DNA of 64,000 bases from NCBI GenBank assembly GCA_047602425.1, contig JASGHG010000001.1:3136001-3200000 (forward strand), written 5' to 3'. This document shows positions 55,166 through 64,000 of this stretch, piece by piece. A program made the position numbers and the translations under genes. Each line of letters begins with the position of its first letter. Position 1 is the first letter of the stretch. The notes beneath the pieces are model-generated. The model was not told the origin of the DNA. It ran no database searches and worked only from the letters and a program-made list of their open reading frames with translations. The DNA is from Nibricoccus sp. (GTDB lineage Bacteria; Verrucomicrobiota; Verrucomicrobiia; Opitutales; Opitutaceae).

Positions 55166-56341
55166 TTAAGTACGCTTTTTCCACGCGGCGATAAACATGC
55201 CGTTGGCATTCAGGGCGTGAGGCCAAAGCGTGACGCTGGTGTCGGTAAAGAGGTCGGTTTCGGCGAGGGAGCAGGCGGGGCTGCTGAATTGGTTTGCCGG
55301 AGCGGTGGGTTTCGGAAAAACGGGCGCCGGCTCCAACTCTGGATGTGCAGTGCCAAAGGCGTTGGCGATGGCGGTTGTTTCGGAGCGGGTGAGCGTGCAA
55401 ACGGCGTAGATCAGGCGGCCATTGGGCTTGAGAGAACTGGCGACATTTTCAAGGAGCTGGCGCTGGATCGCGGCGAGTTCGGAGACGTCGGTTTCGGTGG
55501 TGGTCCAGCGAGCGTGCGGATTGCGCTGCCAGGTGCCGAGGCCGCTGCAGGGGGCGTCGACGAGAATGCCGTCGAATTTGGCCTTGGTGGGTAGTTTGGC
55601 TGAACCATCCCACGAGGCGACGCGAAAATTGAAGAGTTTAGCGCGGGCCGCGCGCTGTTTCAGTGTGTGAAGGCGACGTTCAGAGCGATCACTGGCCCAG
55701 ATGAGGCCTTTGTTTCGCATGAGATCCGCGAGATGGAGCATTTTGCCTCCTTCACCGGAGCAGGCGTCCCACCAAGTTTCTCCGGGCTTGGGAGCGCAGG
55801 CGAGGCCCACCATTTGGGAGGCGAGATCTTGAATTTCGAAAAGACCGTTGTGGAAGGCCGGGGTGAGAAAGAGATCCTGCTGACCGCGATAACGAAGGGC
55901 GTCGGGCGAATGCGGAGTGGTTTCGCAGTCACCCAGGGTCGCGGCGAGTTTTTCGGCGGTATCGGGGCGGGCGCGTAGCCAGAGGGCGGGTTCGGTTTGG
56001 AGCAGGCGAAGGGTTTCGGTAGGGTAGTCGACCTCGTTGCGAGCCCAGGCCGGAACGGCGCGGGCGGCGAGGGCTTCGGCTTTGATGCTGGCGGGATTTT
56101 TTTCGAAGCGTTCCTGCAACTTGAGGGCTTCCTCGATTTTCTTTTGAGCGGAGGCTTTTTCGTCGAGCCACTGAAACCAGCGAAAGTAGGTAAAAACCGC
56201 CCGGCTGATGGCGCGTTTTTCGCGAGGGCCGGGGCGGCGGGCACTGACGAAATATTTGCGGAGCGCGACATCGGCACGCACTTCAGGCGTGATCGTGGCG
56301 AGCACGCGGGCTGCGTGATTGAGCGTGAGAGAATCGATCAT
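55166..56341 (-). CDS. RsmB/NOP family RNA m5C methyltransferase
   Basis: FEIQDLASQ, WDACSGEGGK, ILVDAPCSGLG, IYAVCTL (both catalytic Cys present). Confidence 0.92.
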   Translation of the reverse strand: MIDSLTLNHAARVLATITPEVRADVALRKYFVSARRPGPREKRAISRAVFTYFRWFQWLDEKASAQKKIEEALKLQERFEKNPASIKAEALAARAVPAWARNEVDYPTETLRLLQTEPALWLRARPDTAEKLAATLGDCETTPHSPDALRYRGQQDLFLTPAFHNGLFEIQDLASQMVGLACAPKPGETWWDACSGEGGKMLHLADLMRNKGLIWASDRSERRLHTLKQRAARAKLFNFRVASWDGSAKLPTKAKFDGILVDAPCSGLGTWQRNPHARWTTTETDVSELAAIQRQLLENVASSLKPNGRLIYAVCTLTRSETTAIANAFGTAHPELEPAPVFPKPTAPANQFSSPACSLAETDLFTDTSVTLWPHALNANGMFIAAWKKRT

Positions 56342-56398
56342 GTTCGGGAAGACGGAACGCGACCGGGGCGGGGAATGCGAATAGTTTTTGAGCCGGCG

Positions 56399-56415
56399 CT
56401 GGCACTTCGGCTGCT
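56399..56415 (+). promoter_or_regulatory. Sigma-54 (-24/-12) promoter upstream of cynS
   Basis: CTGGCACTTCGGCTGCT (GG-N10-GC), 13 nt before the cynS ATG. Confidence 0.65.
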
Positions 56416-56428
56416 GTGCGATGCGCAT

Positions 56429-56872
56429 ATGACGAAATCATCGATGGTTGAGGCAATAGTCGCGGCAAAGTTGGCGAAGAAGGTAACGTGGGCCTCGATT
56501 GCGAAGGCGGCGGGACTTTCTGAGGTATTTGCGACGTCGGCTTGTTTGGGTGAAAACGCTCTGGAGGCGTCGGAGGCGCAGAAGGTCGCGAGTTTCCTTG
56601 GGTTGGGGCCGGACATTGCGGAGGCACTGACACAATTTGCCAACAAGGGCGAAGCGTCGCCGACCATCCCGAAAGAGCCGCTGCAATATCGGTTTCAGGA
56701 AATCATCTATGTTTACGGATCAACGATGAAGGCGTTGATCGAAGAAAAATTTGGCCCCGGTATTATGAGCGCGATCGATTTCACAATGGAGATAGATCGT
56801 GTGCCCGATCCGAAGGGTGATCGCGTCAAGATCACGATGAACGGAAAGTTCCTTGGCTATAAAAAGTGGTGA
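56429..56872 (+). CDS. cynS: Cyanate hydratase (cyanase)
   Basis: N-terminal HTH-like TWASIA, P.EPLQYRFQEI..VYG..MKALIEEKFGPGIMSAIDF, GDRVKITMNGKFL.YKKW. Confidence 0.95.
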   Translation: MTKSSMVEAIVAAKLAKKVTWASIAKAAGLSEVFATSACLGENALEASEAQKVASFLGLGPDIAEALTQFANKGEASPTIPKEPLQYRFQEIIYVYGSTMKALIEEKFGPGIMSAIDFTMEIDRVPDPKGDRVKITMNGKFLGYKKW

Positions 56873-56921
56873 CCGCTCAAGCGGATGGCCTTGGTCGGCC
56901 GGCATTTCCTCTTGCAGTGGT

Positions 56922-59900
56922 TTAGCTTCGTTTGGCCCAGCGTTTGTCTTGCTTGAGTTCGAGGCGTTTGGTTTCGAGTTCGACGCCCACGACGGCAGGG
57001 TGATTGCGAAGCTGCTGGAATTTGGCCGGAAGAAGTTTCCACCCGAGGGCACTACTCGCATCGGATACGACGGAGGCGCGTTGCTCGAAGACAAAGGCGA
57101 TGGAAATTTTGGTATCGCCAGTGTTTTTGTTAAGCGTTTCGCGAAGCACCTGGAGAAAATCGTTCAGTTTTTCGTGTTGCGGGTCGAGGAGCCAGGTGAC
57201 GCGGCGAACGCTGCCGCTGACAAAATTTTCCAACGGGTAGCATTCCTTCACGTTGATGCGGGCGCCGTCCTGACCGACGATGATATTGCCCTGTACGAGA
57301 ACCGGGGCGTTTTCGGCGAGGTTCATCGAGTAGGCGGCGTAGGCGTCGGCAAACATATTGAGCGCGACGGAAGCTTTGCGCGTGGCGAGCGTGAAAGCGG
57401 CCCAGGGGCGGTTGTCCTTTTTAGAAAGTTTTTTGGCGATGTTGCCCACGATGCCACAAAGGCGAAATTCGGTACGGTCGGGTTGGTTGAGCAATTGATC
57501 GACCGGAAAAGTATCGATCGCTTCGGCGAGCCCGGCGTAGGCATTGAGCGGGTGGCCGGAGACATAGAACCCGAGGAGTTCCTTTTCGAAGGTTAGGCGT
57601 TCGGTGGAGGTGAAGTCATCCGACGCGGCATCGGGTGACAATTTGAGATTTGAAATTTGGGCTTTGAGATTGCGCGCCTTGGGCGCGGGTTCATCCAGCA
57701 TGTCGAGCATGTTGAACTGACCGGCGGCGCGGTCACGCGCCTGCGAGGCGGCGCCGGCAAGGGCGGCGTCGATGCTGTCGAAAAGTTTTTTGCGCGAGGC
57801 ACCGCTGTAATCGAAAGCTCCCGTCTTCGTGAGGTGTTCGAGCACGCGTTTGTTGATGGCGCGGCCATCGACACGCTTCACGAGATCCTCGAAGCTGGCG
57901 TAGGGGCCGTTTTTCTCGCGTTCCTCGATGATCTTTTGCGCGGCCTGCTCGCCAACGCCCTTGATGCCGGCGAGGCCGAAACGGATCTTATCTCCAACCG
58001 GCGTGAAGTTTTCACGCGACTCGTTGGCGTCGGGCCCGAGCACGGTGAGGCCCATGGCTTCGCACTCGGCGATGAAATGGGCGACTTTTTCGGAGTTGCC
58101 GAGTTCGGCGGTGAGAACGGCGGCCATGAACTGCACCGGGTAGTTGGCTTTCAAATACGCCGTTTGATAGGCGACCATCGCATAGGCGGCGGAGTGCGAT
58201 TTATTGAAGCCGTATTGGGCGAACTTATTCAGCAAATCGAAAATTTCGTTGGCCTTCTTTTCGTCGATATTGTGGTGCTGTTTCGCGCCGGCGACGAATT
58301 TCACACGCTCCTTCGCCATGCCCTCGACATCCTTTTTGCCCATGGCGCGCCGGAGCATGTCGGCGCCGCCGAGCGTGTAACCTGCAATGACGCGGGCGCA
58401 CTCCATAACCTGTTCTTGATAGACAATGATGCCGTAGGTTTCCTTGAGAACGGGTTCCAGCAGCGGGTGCGGATACTCGATGGTCGTTGGATCTTTTTTG
58501 CCGCGCGCGTAGTCGGGGATGAACTGCATCGGACCCGGGCGATAGAGCGCGGAAATGGCGTTGATGTCGTCTATATTGGAGATACCGACGAGTTTTGAGG
58601 CGTTTTGCATGCCGCCGGATTCGAGCTGGAAAACGCCGACGGTCTTGCCGGAGTTGAGCAGCTTGTAGGTGACCGGATCTTCGAGAGAAATTGTTTCTAT
58701 GTCGAAGTTTAGGTTGACGGTGCGGCGAACATTTTCGACGGCGTCGGAGATGACAGTGAGCGTCTTAAGACCAAGGAAGTCCATCTTGAGCAAGCCTAGC
58801 TTGCCCACGGCGTTCATGTCGTACTGGACGGTAACGTCGCCTTCTTGCAGCGTGAGCGGGACAAATTCGTCGAGCGGCTTGTCGGTGATGATGATGCCGG
58901 CGGCGTGCTTGCCGGTGTTGCGGACCATGCCTTCGAGGACGCGGGCCTGGCCGACGATTTTTTTGGCGACGGGATTGCGCTCGATCTCGTTGCGAAGATC
59001 GGCGGACTTGGTGATAGCATCCTCCAGAGAGATGTTGATCTCGTCGGGGATCATTTTGGCGATACGGTCCGCTTCGGCATAAGGCAGGTCGTTGACGCGC
59101 GAGACGTCGCGGATGACCATCTTGGCACCGAGCGTGCCATAGGTGATGATGTTTGAGACGCAGTCCTTGCCGTATTTTTCGCGGACGTAGTTGATGACCT
59201 CCTCGCGGCGGCGCATGCAGAAGTCGATATCGAAATCGGGCGGGGAGACGCGTTCGGGATTCAGGAAGCGCTCGAACAGCAGGCCGAAACGAATCGGATC
59301 GATGTTGGTGATGGCGAGTAGGTAGGCAACGAGACAGCCTGCGCCGGAGCCGCGACCCGGGCCGACGGGAATATTGTGCGCCTTGGCCCAGTTGATGAAA
59401 TCCCACACCACCAGGAAGTAATCGACAAAGCCTGTGACGTTGATGATCGAGAGCTCGTAGCCCATGCGCAGCACGAGCAATTCCTCGGGAGCGAGGCCGG
59501 AATAATCGGGAGCCTTGGGTTTTTCGCCGGGTGGGAGGTTCGTGAATTTGGCGAGGCGCTCGGCGACAATCGGGTGCGTCGCGATGGAAGGCTGGTCGAC
59601 GTTGTAACGTTTTTTCAGGCCTTCGACGCAGAGATCGAAGAGATACGTGGCGCGATCGACCTTGATTTCTGGCGGTAGTGGATATCTCGGGTAGCGCTCG
59701 CTGCCTTTTGGAAACGGAATGGCGAGATCGCACATCTCGGCCACAAGCTGCGTATTGGTCAGCGACTCGGGGATTTCGCCGAAAATCTTGGCCATTTCGT
59801 CGCGCGATTTCAGGAAAAATTCGTTCGTGCTGAAACGCATCCGGTTCTCGTCGGCGATTTTTGCACCGGTCTGGATGCAGAGCATGGCGTCGTGCGGACC

Positions 59901-60563
59901 AGCGTCGGCGGCGTTGACGTAGTGAACGTCATTCGTGCAGATGACCTTGAGACTGAATTCTTCGGCGAGCTTGAGCAGGCCGGGAATAATTTTGCGCTGC
60001 TCGGGCAACCCGTGGTCTTGGATTTCGACAAAAAAGTTTTCGCGGCCAAAAACGTCGACGAAACGTGCCGTGGCTTTGCGGGCGTCTTCTTCTCGATCAT
60101 GCAGAAGATGTTGCGGGACAATTGCCGCCAGGCACCCACTGAAAGCGATGAGCCCGCCGGAGTATTTCGTCAGGGTTTCCCAGTCGGCGCGGGGCTTGTA
60201 ATAGAAGCCCTTAAGATGCGCATCGGAAACGAGTTTGAGGAGGTTCTGGTAGCCTTGGAGATTTTTGGCGAGGAGGCCCAAATGGTAGTAACTTTTACCG
60301 TCTTCCGCGCGGCCATTTTTCTCCAACCGGGAGTTTTCAACCAGGTAAATTTCGCAGCCGATAAGCGGCTTTATGTTTTTGTCCTTCGCGGCCTTATAAA
60401 ATTCAATCGCACCAAACATATTGCCGTGGTCGGTGAGCGCGAGGGCCGTCATCCCGAGACTCGCGGTGCGGTCCATCAGGCGGTCGATCCGGCAGGCTCC
60501 ATCGAGCAGGCTATAGTCAGTATGGACGTGGAGATGGACGAAGTTTTTGTCGGCGGAGGACAC
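56922..60563 (-). CDS. dnaE: DNA polymerase III subunit alpha
   Basis: PHP FVHLHVHTDYSLLDG, TDHGNMFG, GPGRGSGAG, FERFLNPERVSPPDFDIDF, KMDFLGL, YGFNKSHSAAY, EKELLGFYVSGHPL. No intein seen. Confidence 0.98.
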   Translation of the reverse strand: MSSADKNFVHLHVHTDYSLLDGACRIDRLMDRTASLGMTALALTDHGNMFGAIEFYKAAKDKNIKPLIGCEIYLVENSRLEKNGRAEDGKSYYHLGLLAKNLQGYQNLLKLVSDAHLKGFYYKPRADWETLTKYSGGLIAFSGCLAAIVPQHLLHDREEDARKATARFVDVFGRENFFVEIQDHGLPEQRKIIPGLLKLAEEFSLKVICTNDVHYVNAADAGPHDAMLCIQTGAKIADENRMRFSTNEFFLKSRDEMAKIFGEIPESLTNTQLVAEMCDLAIPFPKGSERYPRYPLPPEIKVDRATYLFDLCVEGLKKRYNVDQPSIATHPIVAERLAKFTNLPPGEKPKAPDYSGLAPEELLVLRMGYELSIINVTGFVDYFLVVWDFINWAKAHNIPVGPGRGSGAGCLVAYLLAITNIDPIRFGLLFERFLNPERVSPPDFDIDFCMRRREEVINYVREKYGKDCVSNIITYGTLGAKMVIRDVSRVNDLPYAEADRIAKMIPDEINISLEDAITKSADLRNEIERNPVAKKIVGQARVLEGMVRNTGKHAAGIIITDKPLDEFVPLTLQEGDVTVQYDMNAVGKLGLLKMDFLGLKTLTVISDAVENVRRTVNLNFDIETISLEDPVTYKLLNSGKTVGVFQLESGGMQNASKLVGISNIDDINAISALYRPGPMQFIPDYARGKKDPTTIEYPHPLLEPVLKETYGIIVYQEQVMECARVIAGYTLGGADMLRRAMGKKDVEGMAKERVKFVAGAKQHHNIDEKKANEIFDLLNKFAQYGFNKSHSAAYAMVAYQTAYLKANYPVQFMAAVLTAELGNSEKVAHFIAECEAMGLTVLGPDANESRENFTPVGDKIRFGLAGIKGVGEQAAQKIIEEREKNGPYASFEDLVKRVDGRAINKRVLEHLTKTGAFDYSGASRKKLFDSIDAALAGAASQARDRAAGQFNMLDMLDEPAPKARNLKAQISNLKLSPDAASDDFTSTERLTFEKELLGFYVSGHPLNAYAGLAEAIDTFPVDQLLNQPDRTEFRLCGIVGNIAKKLSKKDNRPWAAFTLATRKASVALNMFADAYAAYSMNLAENAPVLVQGNIIVGQDGARINVKECYPLENFVSGSVRRVTWLLDPQHEKLNDFLQVLRETLNKNTGDTKISIAFVFEQRASVVSDASSALGWKLLPAKFQQLRNHPAVVGVELETKRLELKQDKRWAKRS
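57642..57669. repeat. Heptamer tandem repeat (TTTGRRA type), in frame in dnaE
   Basis: TTTGAGA TTTGAAA TTTGGGC TTTGAGA, encoding NLKAQISNLK just after the clamp-binding-like QFNML motif. Confidence 0.7.
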
Positions 60564-60679
60564 AGCTTCAGAGGGAACGACGGTTGATGGGTTTTTTCAA
60601 AGGGGAAAATGGGGTTGACGATGGAAAATTTATTCTGCCTATTCGTCGTCTTTTTCCGTTCACCAACCCGTCTGACAAC

Positions 60680-60877
60680 ATGCCCATCGAAATCAAAATC
60701 CGCAAAAACGAGCCCGTTGATCGTGCGCTCCGTCGCATGAAGAAGAAGCTCGATCGCGAGAACATCATCAAGGGTGTTCGTGCGAAGCGCTACCATGAGA
60801 AGCCGTGCGAAAAACGCCGTCGCAAAGAAAAGGTCATGGCCTTCACCGCGATGCTGCGCCGCCGTCACGCGGAATAA
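60680..60877 (+). CDS. rpsU: 30S ribosomal protein S21
   Basis: MPIEIKIRKNEPVDRALRRMKKKLDRENII...RYHEKP.EKRRRK. Confidence 0.95.
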   Translation: MPIEIKIRKNEPVDRALRRMKKKLDRENIIKGVRAKRYHEKPCEKRRRKEKVMAFTAMLRRRHAE

Positions 60878-60906
60878 GCGACTATTTGCGTTTTGCTCCT
60901 TTTTCA

Positions 60907-60947
60907 CGACCGCACTCCCGCACACGGAGCGCGGTCGTTTTCTTTTT
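60907..60947 (+). terminator. Intrinsic terminator after rpsU
   Basis: CGACCGCACTCC...GGAGCGCGGTCG followed by TTTTCTTTTT. Confidence 0.8.
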
Positions 60948-61011
60948 GGCGTTGCGACCCGGCGCTGGAACCGTGTTTTAGGCGGGTAGGTCCTAGGAAA
61001 CGGTTGTTCCA

Positions 61012-61953
61012 TTGAAGCCAACGCTTTCACTTTCCACCAGTTGGTGTTCCCCGCGTCACAACGACGGTTACACGATGCTTCGCGAGATCGCGGACCTCGG
61101 GTTCACGCACGTGGAACTCAGCCATGGCATCCGCATCACGCTTGTGCCGGGTATTCTGAAGGCGGTTGAAGAAGGCGTGATCAAAGTCGGATCGACGCAT
61201 AATTTTTGCCCGCTTCCAACAGGCATCACGCGGGCGGCCCCCAATCTTTTCGAACCATCTTCCAGCGACAGCCGGGAGCGCGACCAATGGCTTCGCCAAA
61301 CTCAGCGTTCGATCGAATTCGCCGCGCAACTTAATGCCCGCGTGCTGGTCGTGCACCTTGGCAGCGTGCGATTTGGTCTGGTCGATCCAGTGAGGAAACT
61401 CGACGCCTACGCCGCACAACATCCCGGCGTCGATCTTGCGACCGACGTCGAGTATCAGGAACTTCTTTCGACCTCGCTCGCGAAAATGCGAAAACGCATG
61501 CGGCCTTATTGGGAGCGAGTCTTGCATTGCATCGAAGGCGTGCGCGCCTTCGCCGCCGAACGTGGCGTTGCGCTTGGCTTCGAAAACCGGGAAGGCTTCG
61601 AGGAACTCCCGCTCGACGCCGATTTTGAAAAGCTGATTTATGGCGTGGCGCAGCCCAACACGGTCGGCTACTGGCACGACACCGGCCACGCCGAGCTCAA
61701 GCAACGCATGGGTTTGCTCAAACACCGCGCGCATCTCGAAACCCACGCCGCCCGTCTGATCGGTTTTCACCTGCACGACGTCGACATCGAGGGCAACGAC
61801 CATCAACCAGTCGGCGAAGGCACCATCGATTTTTCCATGATCAGTTCGTTTTGGAAACCGCATCATTTGCTCGTGCTCGAGTTCAGTCCCCGTCTCGAAG
61901 TTGAAGACGTGAAAATTTCAAAACAACGCATCGAGGCGTTGATGAAAAAGTAA
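61012..61953 (+). CDS. Sugar phosphate isomerase/epimerase family TIM-barrel protein (AP endonuclease 2/xylose isomerase-like)
   Basis: LGF..VELSH, STHNFCP, VVHLG, GFENRE, WHDTGHA, FHLHD, DHQPVGEG.IDF, VLE. TTG start. Confidence 0.88.
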   Translation: MKPTLSLSTSWCSPRHNDGYTMLREIADLGFTHVELSHGIRITLVPGILKAVEEGVIKVGSTHNFCPLPTGITRAAPNLFEPSSSDSRERDQWLRQTQRSIEFAAQLNARVLVVHLGSVRFGLVDPVRKLDAYAAQHPGVDLATDVEYQELLSTSLAKMRKRMRPYWERVLHCIEGVRAFAAERGVALGFENREGFEELPLDADFEKLIYGVAQPNTVGYWHDTGHAELKQRMGLLKHRAHLETHAARLIGFHLHDVDIEGNDHQPVGEGTIDFSMISSFWKPHHLLVLEFSPRLEVEDVKISKQRIEALMKK

Positions 61954-61976
61954 ACCTGAGCTCATTGCTCTTTCTT

Positions 61977-62876
61977 ATGAAAACCCACCTCCGTCAGATT
62001 TGTGTGACGTTAACCGCCCTGGTCGCAGCGCTCTCGCTCCGAGCCGCCGGCGAAAATCCCGCTCCGGCGTCAGCTGCTCCAGCCGCTGCAACTCCCGCTG
62101 TGGCGCCAGCCGAGCCTGCTCCGAGCGCTGTGCAGACGGAGCTCAAACAATTGGTCGATAAAATCAAAACCAAGCTCCGCGCCGGTTCCCGGACCGAGGC
62201 GATGCTGGCCGAGGAGCTGAAAGGTTTCGATGCCATCCTTGCCGCGCACAAAGGCGAACAAAGCGAGGATCTCGCGCAAGTTCTGATGATGAAAGCCGGG
62301 CTCTACATCGAAGTATTTCAGAACGCCGAAAAGGGCGAAGCGCTGGTCAAACAAATCAAAACGGATTACCCCAATACCGAACTGGCCAAACAGACTGATA
62401 ACATCCTGGCCATGCTGGCCCAAAGAAAAGAGTCCGAAAAGATGAAGGCGGCCTTCGCCGTCGGTGCGATTTTTCCCGGATTTGAGGAAAAAGATCTGAA
62501 TGGACAACCGCTCTCCATCGCCAAATTCAAGGGCAAGATCGTCTTGGTCGACTTTTGGGCCACCTGGTGCGGACCGTGCGTCAACGAACTGCCCAACGTG
62601 ATCGCCGCCTACAATAAATACCACGCCAAGGGCTTCGAAATCGTCGGCATCAGCCTCGACAAGGATGAAGCCGCGTTGAAGAAGTTCATTGAGGATAAAA
62701 AAATGCCCTGGCCGCAGTATTTCGATGGCAAAGGCTGGCAGAGCAAACTGGGCCAGAAATACAGTATCGACAGCATTCCCGCCACTTTCCTGCTCGATGG
62801 CGACGGCAAGATCATCGCCAAAAACCTGCGCGGCTCTGCGCTCGAAGCCGAGTTGGAAAAACACCTCGGTAAATAA
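61977..62876 (+). CDS. Exported TlpA-family thiol-disulfide oxidoreductase (redoxin)
   Basis: Signal peptide, Ala/Pro linker, KGKIVLVDFWATWCGPC, GISLD, IPATFLLD..GKI. Confidence 0.92.
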   Translation: MKTHLRQICVTLTALVAALSLRAAGENPAPASAAPAAATPAVAPAEPAPSAVQTELKQLVDKIKTKLRAGSRTEAMLAEELKGFDAILAAHKGEQSEDLAQVLMMKAGLYIEVFQNAEKGEALVKQIKTDYPNTELAKQTDNILAMLAQRKESEKMKAAFAVGAIFPGFEEKDLNGQPLSIAKFKGKIVLVDFWATWCGPCVNELPNVIAAYNKYHAKGFEIVGISLDKDEAALKKFIEDKKMPWPQYFDGKGWQSKLGQKYSIDSIPATFLLDGDGKIIAKNLRGSALEAELEKHLGK

Positions 62877-62967
62877 TCGAGCATTTTTTCCGACCGTGCA
62901 GACGGTCTAGCGAGCCGTCCGCATACGTTGGTTTTTTGCCGCGGGGACATCCGCGAAATCTCTTTCC

Positions 62968-62998
62968 AAGCCCGTCTCACCCGAGACGGGCTTTTTTT
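62968..62998 (+). terminator. Intrinsic terminator
   Basis: AAGCCCGTCTC-ACCC-GAGACGGGCTT-TTTTT. Confidence 0.88.
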
Positions 62999-63051
62999 AT
63001 CGCTGACGAAAAACTGTTGATCACGTCTTCCCTGGACGAAATCTCCCAGAG

Positions 63052-63078
63052 AGTTTGTAACTTAATAGATTACAAACT
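63052..63078. repeat. Intergenic copy of the 21-bp palindrome family
   Basis: AGT-TTGTAACTTA-A-TAGATTACAA-ACT. Confidence 0.6.
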
Positions 63079-63180
63079 ATCCGGTAGATCTAAAAAAGAG
63101 GATGGTCGTACATTCCACAACTGCGCAGTGCTTTTCTGAAAAATTCCAAGCTTTGCTTCCGACGTGGCTTGCGGTGGCGT

Positions 63181-64000
63181 TTAGCGTTTGCTGCTGGCGA
63201 GGAGTTCGGCGATCCACCGGCGATGCGGGCCGGAGAGAGTGATTGCGTCGAGCTTCGTCAGGGGCGTCCAGACCAACTCGGGATTTTTGTTGGCGGAGGC
63301 GAATTGTTTGGCAGCGAGATCCGAGCGAAAAATCGTCTCGGTGATCGCATAGCGCGTGATGCTTCGGCGGCGCACGGCTAGCGGCTCCTGGCCATGGAAA
63401 TCGGTTTCATCCAGCCCGAGATCGGTCGCGCGAGGTAGTTCGTGTTGGTTGGCCAAGCGCTTCGACGCGGCATGAGCGCGATGGAGGAGGAGCGCGCCGT
63501 CGCGTTCGCACCAGAGGCGCGTGATGGCGACTTGTTCAATTTTTTTCGCGGCCAGGGCCGGATAGTCTTCAGGCGAACCTTCGCGGGCCGCGGCGCAAAA
63601 CTCCAGCACCGGGCAAACCGTGCACAAAGGGCTCTGTCGATGACAAATGGTTGCGCCAAGTTCCATCATGGCCTGGTTGTGGTCGCCGGGCGAGTTGGGT
63701 GCAATCAGCGAGTCGGCGAGCGGTTTGAAGGCCTTGGCCGCGCTCGCGGAATCGCGAAACTCCGTGGCATTCGCGGTCAAGCGCGAGAGAATGCGCACTA
63801 CGTTGCCGTCGACGCAAGCCGCCGGCTCGCCAAACGCGATGCTTGTGATCGCCGCCGCGGTATAGGGTCCGACTCCGGGTAATTCCTGCCATGCTTGGGG
63901 TGTGCGTGGTGGTTCGGAAAGCGCGGCAACGGCTTTGGCGAGCTTGTGCAAGTTTCGGGCGCGTGAATAGTAGCCGAGGCCCTCCCAGAGTTTGAGCACG
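63181..64000 (-). CDS. mutY: A/G-specific adenine glycosylase, 5'-truncated by the window edge
   Basis: WEGLGYYSRARNL, HhH LPGVGPYTAAAI, VDGNVVR, NQAMMELGATIC...P.C..CP....C (4Fe-4S). Confidence 0.96.
   Translation of the reverse strand, partial: VLKLWEGLGYYSRARNLHKLAKAVAALSEPPRTPQAWQELPGVGPYTAAAITSIAFGEPAACVDGNVVRILSRLTANATEFRDSASAAKAFKPLADSLIAPNSPGDHNQAMMELGATICHRQSPLCTVCPVLEFCAAAREGSPEDYPALAAKKIEQVAITRLWCERDGALLLHRAHAASKRLANQHELPRATDLGLDETDFHGQEPLAVRRRSITRYAITETIFRSDLAAKQFASANKNPELVWTPLTKLDAITLSGPHRRWIAELLASSKR

Noticed and set aside
55997..56428. N-terminal extension of the cyanase ORF (291 aa)
   Set aside because: It is antisense to the RsmB gene; cyanase homology and the promoter position support ATG 56429.
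56922..60563. Intein or split in dnaE
   Set aside because: The ORF is continuous and of normal length, with no intein splice motifs at the usual insertion sites.
62936..63139. 67-aa ORF containing CNLIDYK
   Set aside because: It spans a strong terminator and has no coding hallmarks; the peptide merely reflects the palindrome copy.
1..64000. CRISPR array, tRNA, rRNA or riboswitch
   Set aside because: No regularly spaced repeat-spacer array or recognisable structural RNA was seen by eye; a covariance-model scan would be needed to exclude small RNAs.

Overview
A GC-rich bacterial chromosomal window. The gene complement and repeat style suggest Verrucomicrobiota (Opitutales-like); this taxonomy is inferred, not proven. 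In order: the 3' part of a type II glutamine synthetase; a four-gene signalling cluster built around a GAF-LOV-GAF-PAS-PAS HisKA_2 kinase; an IS3 scar fused to a DUF2971-like remnant; an SNF2 helicase carrying in-frame repeat insertions; a complete MNIO (DUF692) RiPP cluster of bufferin type (Cys/Lys/Gly-rich secreted precursor, DUF692, DUF2063, DoxX, ECF sigma, anti-sigma); hemA and ccsA; a tandem pair of secreted cellulases (GH9-CBM3c-Ig-Ig-CBM64 and GH48-Ig-Ig-CBM64) sharing a duplicated tail; a ~25 kb operon of eight ADOP/MacB-like ABC permeases with two ATPases, TolC, a periplasmic adaptor, a DUF4097 protein and an unannotated 53-aa membrane ORF, preceded by a sigma-54 promoter and an NtrC-type two-component pair; then two methyltransferases, cynS, dnaE, rpsU, a TIM-barrel protein, a TlpA-like redoxin and partial mutY. 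Main highlights: the GH48/GH9 cellulase pair, the 9-Cys MNIO precursor cluster, two sigma-54 promoters with a shared enhancer architecture, and three families of small repeats (GTAG REP doublets, 21-bp palindromes, heptamer arrays) found in frame inside proteins. No rRNA, tRNA or CRISPR array was recognised.
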